From Diplonema japonicum (taxonomy: Eukaryota > Protista > Euglenozoa: Diplonemea): a stretch of 64,000 bases of DNA. How positions within the stretch are numbered: position 1 is the stretch's first letter; the number at the start of each line of letters is the position of its first letter. This document shows positions 34,347 through 44,986 of the stretch, one piece after another. Both the position numbers and the translations under genes were made by a program. Under the pieces are notes generated by a model that saw only the letters and a program-made list of their open reading frames with translations, was not told the origin of the DNA and ran no database searches. The stretch covers positions 496,001 to 560,000 of the forward strand of contig OZ025670.1 in NCBI GenBank assembly GCA_964019335.1, written 5' to 3'.

Positions 34347-35273
34347 ATGTCCACTGTCTCTGATTTGAACCTCACGAGGTGGTCTCACAATGTTATTTTC
34401 TTCGCGATATTTTTGGTATGACATTATCTTGTGACACATTTGCATTTGCCACAGGTGACGTATGGTGTCCTTGTTTGTGTGAATGTTGGCGAGTCGGGCC
34501 ACAAGATGCACGGGTTTGGGTGCATGTTGACTTTTGTGGGATTGGTTGGCATCATTGCGGGTATTTGCAAGAAGAAGCTCCTTGTCCGCCTTCAAGTATG
34601 CATTACAATAGATGTGACACACCTCATCACAGATGGTTCTGCTTGTGTACCTGACTGTTGTGACGACGCACATCGTGCTGTCGAGGCTCTGCGAGAAGAG
34701 GGAACATTGCTCAGAAAAGGCCACTGTTGTCAGTGCCCAACACAGCACAATTTACTTTGAAACCATGCCTGGTCTTTATGTGGAAATCGGCTCACAGGTA
34801 TGTTGTATCCCCAACGAGAGTTTCCGGAGCCGAACGTCATCGGCGGCTTAGCTCAGTGGTAGAGCATTGGTCTTGTAAACCAAGGGTCGAGAGTTCGATC
34901 CTCTCAGTCGCCTCTTTTTTATAGTCCTCTTTTTTTTACTTAGGTCAGCTACGTGATGACGGTGGACCCGAAGGTTTTGAACAAATGTGAGGAGGAGATC
35001 AAGGCACTGTGGATGCACATGATTGTCCTGCTGTTTACTGTGCTCACTTCATGTTTGATTTGTTCTTGGTATGACGAGTAGTTTTGCCCCTCTTATCAAC
35101 ACAGGCGGTTCATTATCGCGATTGACAGGTGTTCGAAAGGCTACGTGCCACTAACAGTGGTGGACAAGGATGACACAGTGCTTGTAGAGGACATGGTTGC
35201 AGTGAAGGAAGTACCCATGCCCCCGCCTGCTCCAGATGCCTTCCAGGGCACAGGGGTGGCAGTAATGTTATAA
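34347..35273 (+). CDS. Four-TM (tetraspanin-like topology) membrane protein, 5 exons; hosts tRNA-Thr in intron 3
   Basis: Hand-spliced: MSTVSDLN...FAIFL | VTYGVL...VRLQ | MVLLV...EIGSQ | VSYVM...LICSW | RFIIA...GVAVML-TAA. All introns are GT-AG; intron 3 is 34798-34943. Confidence 0.75.
34842..34913 (+). tRNA. trnT: tRNA-Thr(UGU)
   Basis: Acceptor GGCGGCT/AGTCGCC, D arm GCTCAGTGGTAGAGC, anticodon arm TTGGT-CTTGTAA-ACCAA, T arm GAGAG-TTCGATC-CTCTC, followed by T6. Confidence 0.97.
34915..34920 (+). terminator. Pol III oligo-T terminator of tRNA-Thr
   Basis: TTTTTT immediately after the discriminator base. Confidence 0.75.
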
Positions 35274-35419
35274 GTTTAAAGAAACTAAACTTGAGAACCC
35301 ATATCCTTTTCCCCCCTTTTCTTTTTCCCCACCCCCCTCACCCCTTTCCCTTCCATTATCTTCCGTCTACTTGTTCCGGTAATTTATTGTCCATTTATAT
35401 ATTTTTTTGAAGAGAACAA

Positions 35420-38400
35420 ATGAAAACCCTCCTCTTTTCCCTAACCCAAGAAAAGGCCTTCGACATACTGGAAAACAGTATTTTTTTTGACTCTTTTTTT
35501 CCAGAAATTTTTGCAAAAAAAAAAAAGAAAAAGAAAGAAAAATTGAAGGGGGAAGAGGGGATTCATCCTGTCTCCCTAGATTTGGTGGGAGATTATACTA
35601 GCTATCTCTTCTTCTTTCGGGGGGGGGGGGGGGGGGGGGTCGAAACAAGTATTTATTTTGTTTCTTCTTCTTATTGTGTTTGTCGCTCTGTGCTGCGAGG
35701 CCGGCCATTTTTGTCCTGCTTTGCTATTTCTCGAACAGATTGTCAAAGGGAGGAAGAAAAAAAGAAGAGGAACGGGATTAAAAAAAAAAAGATGGATAAT
35801 GAGAGGTGGGACAGAGGTATACGCAACTGTTTTGTTGCGAAAAGAAACAAAAAAAAAAAAGATAATGTTGTGCTTTGTCCCCCTTTTTCTTTTTTTTTTG
35901 CTTCGTGCCCCCCATTTTTTTTTTTTTTTTCATACATGTGATTCCTTCTCAAGTCAATGAGACAAAAAAAAAAAAAAAAACTTAACTTCATCTTACATGA
36001 GATGAGATACAAAAAGTATTCCTTTGTGGGGCTTAATCTCTACGGGGGAGGAAAAAAGGAAAGAAGAAATGAAAATTTTACGCAAGTTTGATTGAAAGTT
36101 AGGAAATCCTTGCTTGGGATTGCATGTATGTTTCCTTTGGGACTAGCTAGTGAGCGCGAAGACGCAAAAGGCTAAATGTCTAGTTTTGTTTTCTTTTTCT
36201 TTTTTGTTTCTTTTGTCCTGCAAAAGTGGGATAAGAGGGATGATACTCTTTTTTTTTTTAAAAAAAAAAGAAAAGGCCTTGATTCAATTTTGTAAAGCGT
36301 GTTCTTTTCGGAGATTTCAACTCTTCTTTTTTTTTTTTTTTTTTTCCTTTCTTCGTTTCCCTCTTCTTATCCTGTTTTTTCTTCTTGCGAACGGGGGTGG
36401 GGGGGGGGGGGGGGGGGGGGGGAGGTAACAATCAAATCTGAAAAAAAAAAGAGAAAAAAAAAAAAAACACAATGCAATAAGCAAAAAGATGAAAGTCAAG
36501 CCTTGGAGGAAGTGGGGTGGCGTCTTTCTTTTTTTTTTTTTTTTTTTTTTTTTTTCTTTTTTTTTCTTTTTCTTGTCGCCTTTTTTTCCTTCTCCGAATG
36601 GCCACAAAAGAACGAGGAAAAAAAAAAGGAAAAAAAAAAAGAGAGAATACGAAAAAATACTAATTATGCACGGAAAATCCCTCTTCGCCTCCACTTAAAG
36701 CTAACTTTTGCACCCTCTTTCCCCCCCCCCCCCCCCCCCCCCCATTTCGTTTCCTGTTACGCCCAAACCTAACCTTGACGGCCTTGGTGGCTAATAGTCT
36801 AAGGAGCGGGAAAAAAGGGGTTTTTTTTTTTTCTTTTTTGTTTGTTTTGGAAAGAAGAGTAATCTTAAAGCCATTTCGATAGCGGGATCTTCTCTCTGCG
36901 CACTGCAGTTTATACGCTGCTTTAAATCGATCCTTTGAGATTTTACATGCACCTTCCATGAGTCCATCACAGCACCTGCTCCCGATGGCGTGAAGGTTGG
37001 CAAAGGTTACCCCTCCAGAGATGATGGTCTATGGTGTGTAACAGGTTAGAATATTCTGAATTTTCATTCTTTTATTCCACTATGGGTTCTTTTNNNNNNN
37101 NNNNNNNNNNNNNNNNNNNNNNNNNNNNNNNNNNNNNNNNNNNNNNNNNNNNNNNNNNNNNNNNNNNNNNNNNNNNNNNNNNNNNNNNNNNNNNNNNNNN
37201 NNNNNNNNNNNNNNNNNNNNNNNNNNNNNNNNNNNNNNNNNNNNNNNNNNNNNNNNNNNNNNNNNNNNNNNNNNNNNNNNNNNNNNNNNNNNNAAGGTTA
37301 CCCCTCCAGAGATGATGGTCTATGGTGTGTAACAGGTTAGAATATTCTGAATTTTCATTCTTTTATTCCACTATGGGTTCTTTTCATAGGTCGGCTACCG
37401 TTCTAAGGTGGTCGCCTGAAGAAAAAACAAAGGGGAGGGGGAAATGGGTGCAACGAAGAGGGGGGGGAAAGAAAAAAAAAAAGGAAAAATGTTCCATAGT
37501 ATTTTTGTTCTTGAGGAGATAGCATGTGTAAATGGGGGAAAATGAAGAGGACCCGAAGAAAAAAAAGGGGGGGTTAGACTTGTAGAAAGAAAAAAAGAAG
37601 AAAAAACTCCTTAATCATCCCCCGCTTGTATTTTAATAAAAAGAAAAATAAACTTTGAACAGAAAAAAGAAAAGAAAAAAAAAAATACACGGGGAACGAA
37701 ACAGATGTAGAATATTTTATAAGGAATTCACTCAGAGGTAGGGACGTCCTTTTCTGGAGAATGTCATGACGGAGCGCGACGAGGGTACTGATCATGATGT
37801 TCCTCTTGAGTCCTCAAAAGAGGGGCATGGCGCTCATATCAATAGTGATACCCAACAAATGAGAACCGACGGCACATGGCTATGACAGGAGACCAGATTT
37901 CTCCTCGAGATCCAATGTTATGTTTCTCGCACACCAGGCAGCACCGTAGAACGGCGACCGATAGTGTGGGTTTCTTCTTGAACAGTGATCACCTCCCTGC
38001 ACACTGAAACCTTATCGAGTTTTTATAAAATGGGGGGGGGGGGAAGAAAAAGGCTTGGAAGGCAACGACGTTGCAAAACCTTTCCGTTGAAAGGTTTTGA
38101 CAAAAAGGAACTTTAAAAAAAAAAGAAAAATAATAATAATAATAATAAATAAGTAATAAATAAAGAACGCCCCCCCCCCCCCCCCCCCCACCCCGTAGAT
38201 ACGGTGACAACGTTCTCCCCCCCCCCTTTTTTTCCCCCTACAAGATGCTAGGCTTCTTACTACAGCTTGCGTCCTTTATTCGTGTTCAAAAAAAAAAAAG
38301 AGAGAAAAAAGAAAGAAAGAAAGAAAGAACGAAAATTGAACTGAGGATGACGTACTCTGAAGGAAAACATGACACATCTTTATATACACAAACAAGGGCC

Positions 38401-38650
38401 GCCTCCCAACAAGCAGCCCCAAAAGACGCGTGTCTCTTATCGTATTCCCCCTCGCCCACCTCAATACCCCCCTCCTTCCCCTCCCCCCCCCCTTTCCTTC
38501 TCCTCTCTTCCTCTTCCTCACATCTGTCTTCATATGGTTGCAAGTCATTTTCTTCTTTTTTTATTTTCCCTTTTATTCTTTTGTTTTATTTTTCCTTCTT
38601 GAACGAACCTTTTGATAGGGAGAAAAATAAAAGAGGGGGAAAAAAAGGGT
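35420..38650 (+). ncRNA. Candidate large structured non-coding RNA (identity unknown; telomerase RNA is one candidate)
   Basis: No credible CDS. Nested long-range helices include 35803-35823:38441-38462, 36080-36087:38265-38272, 36753-36776:37003-37045, 37389-37418:37935-37959 and 37509-37528:37873-37910. G-U pairs favour the + strand. CCCTAACCC at 35439-35447. Confidence 0.5.
37003..37384. other. Assembly gap (N 37094-37293) flanked by an exact 91-bp duplication
   Basis: 37003-37093 is identical to 37294-37384, typical of unmerged overlapping contig ends. Confidence 0.9.
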
Positions 38651-38685
38651 GCAACTTGGTGCCTATGCGGTAAGGACTCCCACCA

Positions 38686-40824
38686 ATGCACTGCGGTGTG
38701 GTAATATTATCGGTGCTGGCGATGGTTGGGCAGGTGAAAGTCACTCCGAGCAAAGTGAGTGTGGGGTCTGGAAGGCCTGCTGTGGTCCAAGTGGTTCTTG
38801 AGTCGGCCCCAACTGGCACAGTCACGCTTGATTTCGCGGGAGGCAGCCACACTATTGTTACACCCAGCGGGGCGGTGTTCACACCCACGAACTGGCAGGC
38901 CTCTAGAACTGTGGTAATTGAAGTTGCGGCAGAGTCCCCTTCTGTCGTTTCTGATGTCAGCATCGGGGTAGCCGTCACTTCTGACGATCCTTACTACAGT
39001 GCGTTGCCTGTCTGGGCGTCGACACCTCTCGTGGCTGTGCTCTACGACCCCGCCGTCCCTTCTATCCTTGTCAGCGTGCTGTCACAGCAAGCTGTCACAA
39101 CTGAGGACGGCGGCACCTTTACATTCACAGCCTCCCTCTCCCAAGCCCCCGCTGCCGATGTCGCTGTGCAGATCCTCGTCAGCCCGCAAGAAGGCACCCC
39201 TTCCCCCAGCAGCCTTGTCTTCACCCCTACCTCCTGGGACACTCCTGCTACCGTTGTCGTGTCGGGTGTTGACGACGCGGTGACAGACGGCAACGTCCCG
39301 TACACTGTCACTCTCACGTGCACAGGTGGTGCCTTCGACGGTGCCGCAGCAACCATCGACCTCATCAACGCCGACAACGAAGCCGTAGCCGTGTCCCTGC
39401 AGCCCGACACCCTTGCAACGTACGAGGCAGGCGGGACCTCGTCCACCGAGGTGTCCCTACGGTCGCAGCCTCTTGCCGACGTCAGAATCGTCGTTTCTGG
39501 CGTCGTCGAGAGAGAGGGCGCGATCGCGGGGAAGCACCCCCTTGTCTTCACTCCAGCCAACTACCACGTTGCACAGTTGCTGACCATCCGGGGCACCGAT
39601 GACCTCACCATGGACGGCGACCAGTGGTACAACCTCACGCTGACCGCCTTGAGCACTGACGCCAGGTGGAACGGGGTGCAAAAGCAGCTTCGTGTCGGCA
39701 ACATCGACAATGACGGGTTCAGGCACGTGCGCTTCACACCCACAAAGGTACTGGGGGTCCCCGGTGGTGCATGGAGGCAAGTGGCACTGGCACAGTTGCG
39801 TTTCCAAGCAATGTCGTCAGAAGGATTGAAAGACGTGCCGACAGGGACGGGCACAGCCGCAACATGCTATTCCTCCACAGGGCAGTGCACAAGGGATGTG
39901 GACGTGCTTAGCGAGGGCGGCGAATGGCAAGGCATGTTGGGTTACTCCGTTGACATCACCTTTGCACGTCCCATGTCCGTGTGTTCCCATTCATATGTAA
40001 CCGCGGGCTTCGCAAGCGAGGCATCGGATCCTGTGATGTGGGAGCTGTCAGGCAAGCGCGACGGGGAGCAAGAGTGGTCTGTGCTGTACGAGACACCCTC
40101 GCCTCTCAACACTTCAGGCTTGGGGAGGAACACTGCGGTGCCTGCCCATTCCATCTGCCCCATCAACATCGTAAGGAAGTACACCGACACTCTAAAGCAG
40201 ACTACGAATGCGCCGACGATGACAGCACCAGTTACAGTGTCCCCGAAAACATCGTCACCCCTGCAGAATGTGGGGAACAGCAGCACACCATCGGCTGGAG
40301 GCGACCCTCCCACGATGGAGAAGACGCCAGGAGCAAACCCTGTGGCATCACCGAAAGAGGACGAGGAAGACGGGATGTGGTTGATAGTGTCGTTGGTGAT
40401 CGGCACGCTGCTTGTGATGTGCGGGTTGTTGTTGTTGTGGTACAGGACACGGCAGGCGTCTGCAGGCAAACCGCCAAACGCCCTGCCACAGTGCTACGCA
40501 GAGCCTGGTGACAACACCTACACCATTATAGAAGTGGTAGAGAGATCACCTGAGCCACTGATGACACCCACACCGCTGGCGAATACACGTGATGACAGTT
40601 CCATAGCCTCGAGCGAGGGAGGGTACGGGGGGTACAGGCCACCGCGCCGATTGAACACCATGCCAGCCTATGTGGGTTCGATGAGAAAGCCTTCCATGCC
40701 TGCGAAAGACTCTCCTCGTAATTCCCCTCTCCGGTCACCGCGCCAGGCCTTTACCCGGATGGGCTCCATCAGGCCCACACACAAAACCAACATCGACAGC
40801 TTTGTCCCCTTAAGTTGTATGTAA
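38686..40824 (+). CDS. Type I membrane/surface protein with three Calx-beta/Ig-like repeats, a discoidin-like domain, S/T/P stalk and TM
   Basis: Signal peptide; three repeats of xVFTPxNW/Y...VxG.DD...DG; SDPVMWELSG; TM MWLIVSLVIGTLLVMCGLLLLWY. Confidence 0.78.
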   Translation: MHCGVVILSVLAMVGQVKVTPSKVSVGSGRPAVVQVVLESAPTGTVTLDFAGGSHTIVTPSGAVFTPTNWQASRTVVIEVAAESPSVVSDVSIGVAVTSDDPYYSALPVWASTPLVAVLYDPAVPSILVSVLSQQAVTTEDGGTFTFTASLSQAPAADVAVQILVSPQEGTPSPSSLVFTPTSWDTPATVVVSGVDDAVTDGNVPYTVTLTCTGGAFDGAAATIDLINADNEAVAVSLQPDTLATYEAGGTSSTEVSLRSQPLADVRIVVSGVVEREGAIAGKHPLVFTPANYHVAQLLTIRGTDDLTMDGDQWYNLTLTALSTDARWNGVQKQLRVGNIDNDGFRHVRFTPTKVLGVPGGAWRQVALAQLRFQAMSSEGLKDVPTGTGTAATCYSSTGQCTRDVDVLSEGGEWQGMLGYSVDITFARPMSVCSHSYVTAGFASEASDPVMWELSGKRDGEQEWSVLYETPSPLNTSGLGRNTAVPAHSICPINIVRKYTDTLKQTTNAPTMTAPVTVSPKTSSPLQNVGNSSTPSAGGDPPTMEKTPGANPVASPKEDEEDGMWLIVSLVIGTLLVMCGLLLLWYRTRQASAGKPPNALPQCYAEPGDNTYTIIEVVERSPEPLMTPTPLANTRDDSSIASSEGGYGGYRPPRRLNTMPAYVGSMRKPSMPAKDSPRNSPLRSPRQAFTRMGSIRPTHKTNIDSFVPLSCM

Positions 40825-41779
40825 ACAGGAAAAATAATAAAATCAAATGAACCTCCCCTTGCAGCTACTCACCGTGAGGTTCGCCAGGGCACTCGTCAGG
40901 GAAGTCTATATAGGCTGACTTTTTAAAACTATCGGGGGGGGGGGGGAAGGGGGGTAATATTATACTAAAGGGTAGGCTCTCTTCTTTCTCTTTCTTTCTT
41001 TCTTATTTGCGTGCAGGGAGAAGAGTACAAGAAACATTATGCGCTTTTGATGTATCAGTCCTGGTGCTGGGTGTGAAGAGGCTAGGTAAGATTTGGAAAA
41101 ATTAAGTGAGTATCCAGAACATATCAGCCTCTTTTCTTTTTTTACTTTGTCCATTTTTGTAAGTAGTGCTGGGGCGAGAATTCGCTGGAATTTGGTACTG
41201 TGTGCTATTTGTTTCTTTTTTTCTTTTTTTTTTTCCTTCCACCCTTTTGTCTTTTCTTCTTTTCTTTTTTTTTTCTTCTTCTTTTGCTGCTTTTACTTCG
41301 AAGGAGCTTTTCATCTAAGCAAGCAAGATTTTCATAAGAAAATAAAAAAAAGAGAAGAAAAGAAAAGAGGGGGGAATAGATAAAGTACAAGTGAACACAC
41401 GTGTCACTTAGATCCTTTTTTTGGGGGGGGGTGGAAAATGAAATGTGCAATTGTTTTTTTTTTCTCTTGAAATGAATACTTAAAGACAGGGAGGGCCTCA
41501 CAAGTTCACTCAGAACTATAGGTACAGCCGATTAACGTGCGTAAAAATTGCTTTGTCCTCTTTTCTACTAGTTCCCCAAAGCAAGAAAGAAGAAAAAAAG
41601 AAGAATAAAGATATCACCCCCCTCTCACCCCCCCTTTTTTTTCTTTTACATAAGTACTAATAGCAAATTCATAGATTTGGAAACTCCTACCCATTTCTTT
41701 CACACCCTCTCCCGTATTTCGTGGGCTAACTGGTCCTTTAGTTCCTTTACGTCTTCTTCTTCTTCTTCTTTTTTTTTTT

Positions 41780-42457
41780 GAGAGAAACTACAAACACGAC
41801 AACCAAATGAAAATTTTCCACCGTTCAAGCCAACGCGAATTTCATTTTCCACCAAACACGGTAACCCAATTTTATTTTTCCACCAAAAATGATACCCTAA
41901 TTTCGATTTCCACCAAACACGGAAACCCAATTTCAATTTTCCACCGTTCCCTGTAAACCATCAAAATTTTCCTTTAGGAAACCTAATTTCGAATTTCCAC
42001 CAAACACGGAACCTTTCGCATTTCGGGGGGCTTGAGGTTATCTTCACACAGGACCCTGACAGAAGGCGGGCGGGGGGGTGGCGAAATACATTAAACGCCA
42101 AGCGGCGACCCGCAAACACTTGGGAAGGAGATCCAAGTGGTTCTTGTGCCCCGCGGGCCACAGCACAAATGTGGGCGCAGGGTGTTTTCAACACATCCAA
42201 CCCTGCAGCACACTCAACCCCCCCCCCCCCCCCCCCACCGTGGTGGTGGAAATAATTTTCGAAGTTACCGTGGAAGGTGGAAAAAGCCTTGGTAGTTACC
42301 GTGGATGGTGGAAATATTTTGAAAACGTGTTTGGTGGATATGAAATTGCAAGTTTCCGTGAACAATAGAGAAATATATTCGAGTTACCGTGGACAAAGGG
42401 CAAAAAACAGGTTACAGAGTTTGGTGGAAAATCCAAATTCGCTTGTCGTGTTTGTAG

Positions 42458-42465
<8 letters not shown>
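41780..42465. mobile_element. 686-bp foldback/MULE-like MITE with internally repetitive arms
   Basis: 23-bp TIR GAGAGAAACTACAAACACGACAA / TTGTCGTGTTTGTAGTTTTTCTC (1 mismatch). About 30-bp subterminal repeats (TTTCCACCAAACACGG) on the left are inverted on the right. Inserted in a T-run. Confidence 0.85.
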
Positions 42466-42494
<29 letters not shown>

Positions 42495-42555
42495 CCTCCT
42501 TCTTTACTTCAGTTTTATTAAAACCTCACGTTCACCGGGCCCCGTTGTGGTCTTG

Positions 42556-42588
<33 letters not shown>

Positions 42589-43139
42589 GATAAGGTAGAA
42601 AGATATCACGTTTCTTTGGTTTCTTTGGGAGGGGGGACCACGTGGTGTGGAGGACCGACCATCATAACCTTTTGCGTCAAGCTTTCCATTCTGCAAGCCT
42701 TGCTCCAGAAAGGTGGTACTTGTCCTGTATAGGCACGAAGGTTATGATACCTTACTTATGGAAAGGGGGGGGGGGGGGGGGGGGAGGACTTCCCTTAATT
42801 GTCCTTATTCACTGTTATTTGTCCCCCAATCGAATCGAGAAAGAGAGAAGGGAAGGAAAGAATGGAAAAAAAAAGAAGAAGAAAAAGAAAAGAATGTTCA
42901 AGCCTCCACTCGTATTCATCTCGTTAGTACTGTTTTCTTCTTATTTCGTTCCTTTTTCTTCGGCAACCTTTCAACCCGACTCAATTGCATAGTAGTCGTT
43001 TGCACAGCACCTTGTTGATCAAGGCGAATATTTTATTTTGCGCCTAAATGTGGTCTGGTTTTTTTTTTTTTTTTTATTTTCTCTTCTTCCCACCCTTGCC
43101 CCTTCATTTTTCACATCTCTAAAGGGGAAATATTGAGAG

Positions 43140-43868
43140 ATGTTGCACCGCACTGGTGTGTGCCTGTGGTCGGTCCCCAACTACAAAGGAGCATTTGTGA
43201 GCAAGTCGTGGGGCAACAACGCAGCAGTGATCAACAGGAACAAGAATTTGCATGACTCGTCGTTGGTACGGGGGAAGACAAAGGGAAGGGGCGGCGACAG
43301 CAACAGAAGCATGATGAAGCTGGCGAAGAGCTTTGCGGACAGCCCTTCCCACAGTGCGGTCTCCTCAATGTCTGAGGAGTTAATGCTACACGAAGGGGAC
43401 CTTGACAGGGTGCTCCAGCATCTAATCGTGATCTTACAAAAGCAGATCGACATCTCTGGGAAGGGCGAGGCACCCCAGCGACGCATCCTTGCAGAGACCT
43501 TCCTCTCGGGCACCACGCGAGAAGTGCATTGGGCACGCTACAGTTTCCTCACTTGGAAGGACACCTACAAACTGGTTGACACTGGGTACCTGCCAGGCGA
43601 AGCGTCCCGTATCAACCCCAACAGAGACGAAATCCTCTTCAGGATCAAACGCCATTTCAAGGCCCGCCGTGTTAACCTCACGCTGGACCAGTTCACCTCT
43701 CACCCGCCAGGCTTCTCTTGCTACCTCAGCTGGGCCGCTGAAGATGACCACCTCGCCCTCACCCCAGAGGGGCAGGCCGTTTCCATCCCCAGAGTCGACT
43801 GGGTTCAGAAAATGAGAAATTACACCCGGAAGGGCGTCGGCCACGGCCAATCCCAAACCGCAATATAG
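43140..43868 (+). CDS. Probable mitochondrial protein of unknown function
   Basis: 242-aa ORF with host codon usage and an MLHRT presequence-like start. Confidence 0.65.
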   Translation: MLHRTGVCLWSVPNYKGAFVSKSWGNNAAVINRNKNLHDSSLVRGKTKGRGGDSNRSMMKLAKSFADSPSHSAVSSMSEELMLHEGDLDRVLQHLIVILQKQIDISGKGEAPQRRILAETFLSGTTREVHWARYSFLTWKDTYKLVDTGYLPGEASRINPNRDEILFRIKRHFKARRVNLTLDQFTSHPPGFSCYLSWAAEDDHLALTPEGQAVSIPRVDWVQKMRNYTRKGVGHGQSQTAI

Positions 43869-44008
43869 ACGGAACAAAACAAAAAAAAAAAAGCGTCCCA
43901 GCAGCAGCAGTGTTTTTTCTCACTTTTTTCTTCTCGCAGTGTTTCAGTTCTATTATTGTTCACCCCCCTTCTCCTAGTTTTCCTGATTTGACGCAACGTG
44001 CAGGCAAT

Positions 44009-44986
44009 ATGAAAACAAGCGCTGGTCTCGCCTCTGCCGCTGCGGTGGTGTGTATGTTGGGCCGTTTGGTCTCAAAGCCCTTTGAGCCCGTTGGCTCGAA
44101 ACTAGAGTCCGTCGAGAATGGGTTGAACGTGGCGTCGTTCAATGTGCTGTGCAGGAGTTTCGAGCGCAGGTCGTACGGGACGTACGTAAAAGAGGAATAT
44201 AGGACGTGGGCATACAGAAAGGCGCTGATTCAAAAACTGCTTCCAGGTCTGGGATGTGACCTCCTGGCCATCCAAGAAGCGGAGATCGGCACCTTTGAAG
44301 AAGACTTCGATTTCATGGCCGAGGCAGGCTTCGCAGCCATCAAGCCTTATGACAAAGAGGCCGAGAAGGGCAGGGTGCTGGCAAAGCCTGCAGTGTTCTA
44401 CGACGAAAGCAAAATGACACTCATTTGGCACAACTACCGCTCGCGGGTGCTGCTGGCCGCGTTCAAGCTCAACGACAGCGACAAAGTCGTGTACTTGGCG
44501 AACTGCCACTTTGAAGGACACCCAATGAAGGGAGCCGCACGCTTCCAGCAGTTGAAGTCGGCGTTGAAGTACACTCAAAACCACCAGAAGCAGATAGGGA
44601 TCCCTCATGACAAAGCGAACCTCATTGTGTGTGGCGACTTCAATTCTGATCAGTACGGCAGCGTGTGCACTGCGCTGCGTGAGGGTGGGCTCAAAGCGGA
44701 CTTTAAAGACAACTGGAACCCAGATGAAGTGGTAACCCCGAAAGATTTCGAACATCCCTTTAAATTCAAGGACGTCTATCCCAAACCAGTTCCTACCTTT
44801 CTCGGATCACGTCCCGTTCCTAGCTGCATTGATTTTATTTTCACCACAGACACCTTCTCCGTGGCGGCCACGCGCACTCCTCTTACCGCCTCACAGCTCG
44901 GATCTTCTGTTCTCGAAGGAGGCGCCCCGAATTCTTGGCACCCCAGCGATCACTTCCCAGTTGCTGCGTCCCTTACCTTTAATTAG
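44009..44986 (+). CDS. EEP-family nuclease/phosphatase (CCR4/nocturnin/PDE12-like)
   Basis: SFNVL, IQE, NCHF, CGDFNS, IDFIF, PSDHFPV. Confidence 0.92.
   Translation: MKTSAGLASAAAVVCMLGRLVSKPFEPVGSKLESVENGLNVASFNVLCRSFERRSYGTYVKEEYRTWAYRKALIQKLLPGLGCDLLAIQEAEIGTFEEDFDFMAEAGFAAIKPYDKEAEKGRVLAKPAVFYDESKMTLIWHNYRSRVLLAAFKLNDSDKVVYLANCHFEGHPMKGAARFQQLKSALKYTQNHQKQIGIPHDKANLIVCGDFNSDQYGSVCTALREGGLKADFKDNWNPDEVVTPKDFEHPFKFKDVYPKPVPTFLGSRPVPSCIDFIFTTDTFSVAATRTPLTASQLGSSVLEGGAPNSWHPSDHFPVAASLTFN

Noticed and set aside
35420-36772. F/K/G/P-rich ORFs in intergenic DNA (also near 6466, 10098, 14949, 25397, 42277 and 47695)
   Set aside because: These are translations of homopolymer runs, with no domain signal.
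36765-36776. AACCTAACCT as a TTAGG-type telomerase template
   Set aside because: It lies within the predicted helix 36753-36776:37003-37045, and TTAGG is not the expected euglenozoan repeat.
37003-37384. 91-bp direct repeat
   Set aside because: Exact duplicate on either side of a 200-N gap, so an assembly overlap artefact rather than a biological repeat.
37019-37860. C/D snoRNA cluster (ATGATG...CTGA motifs)
   Set aside because: The C boxes are imperfect and I could not identify convincing rRNA antisense elements. The segments are better explained as arms of the larger fold, though a snoRNA scan would be needed to exclude this.
41815-42015. About 30-bp periodic repeats resembling a CRISPR array
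   Set aside because: Degenerate tandem units with no unique spacers, mirrored at the other end of a TIR element, in a eukaryotic context with no cas genes.
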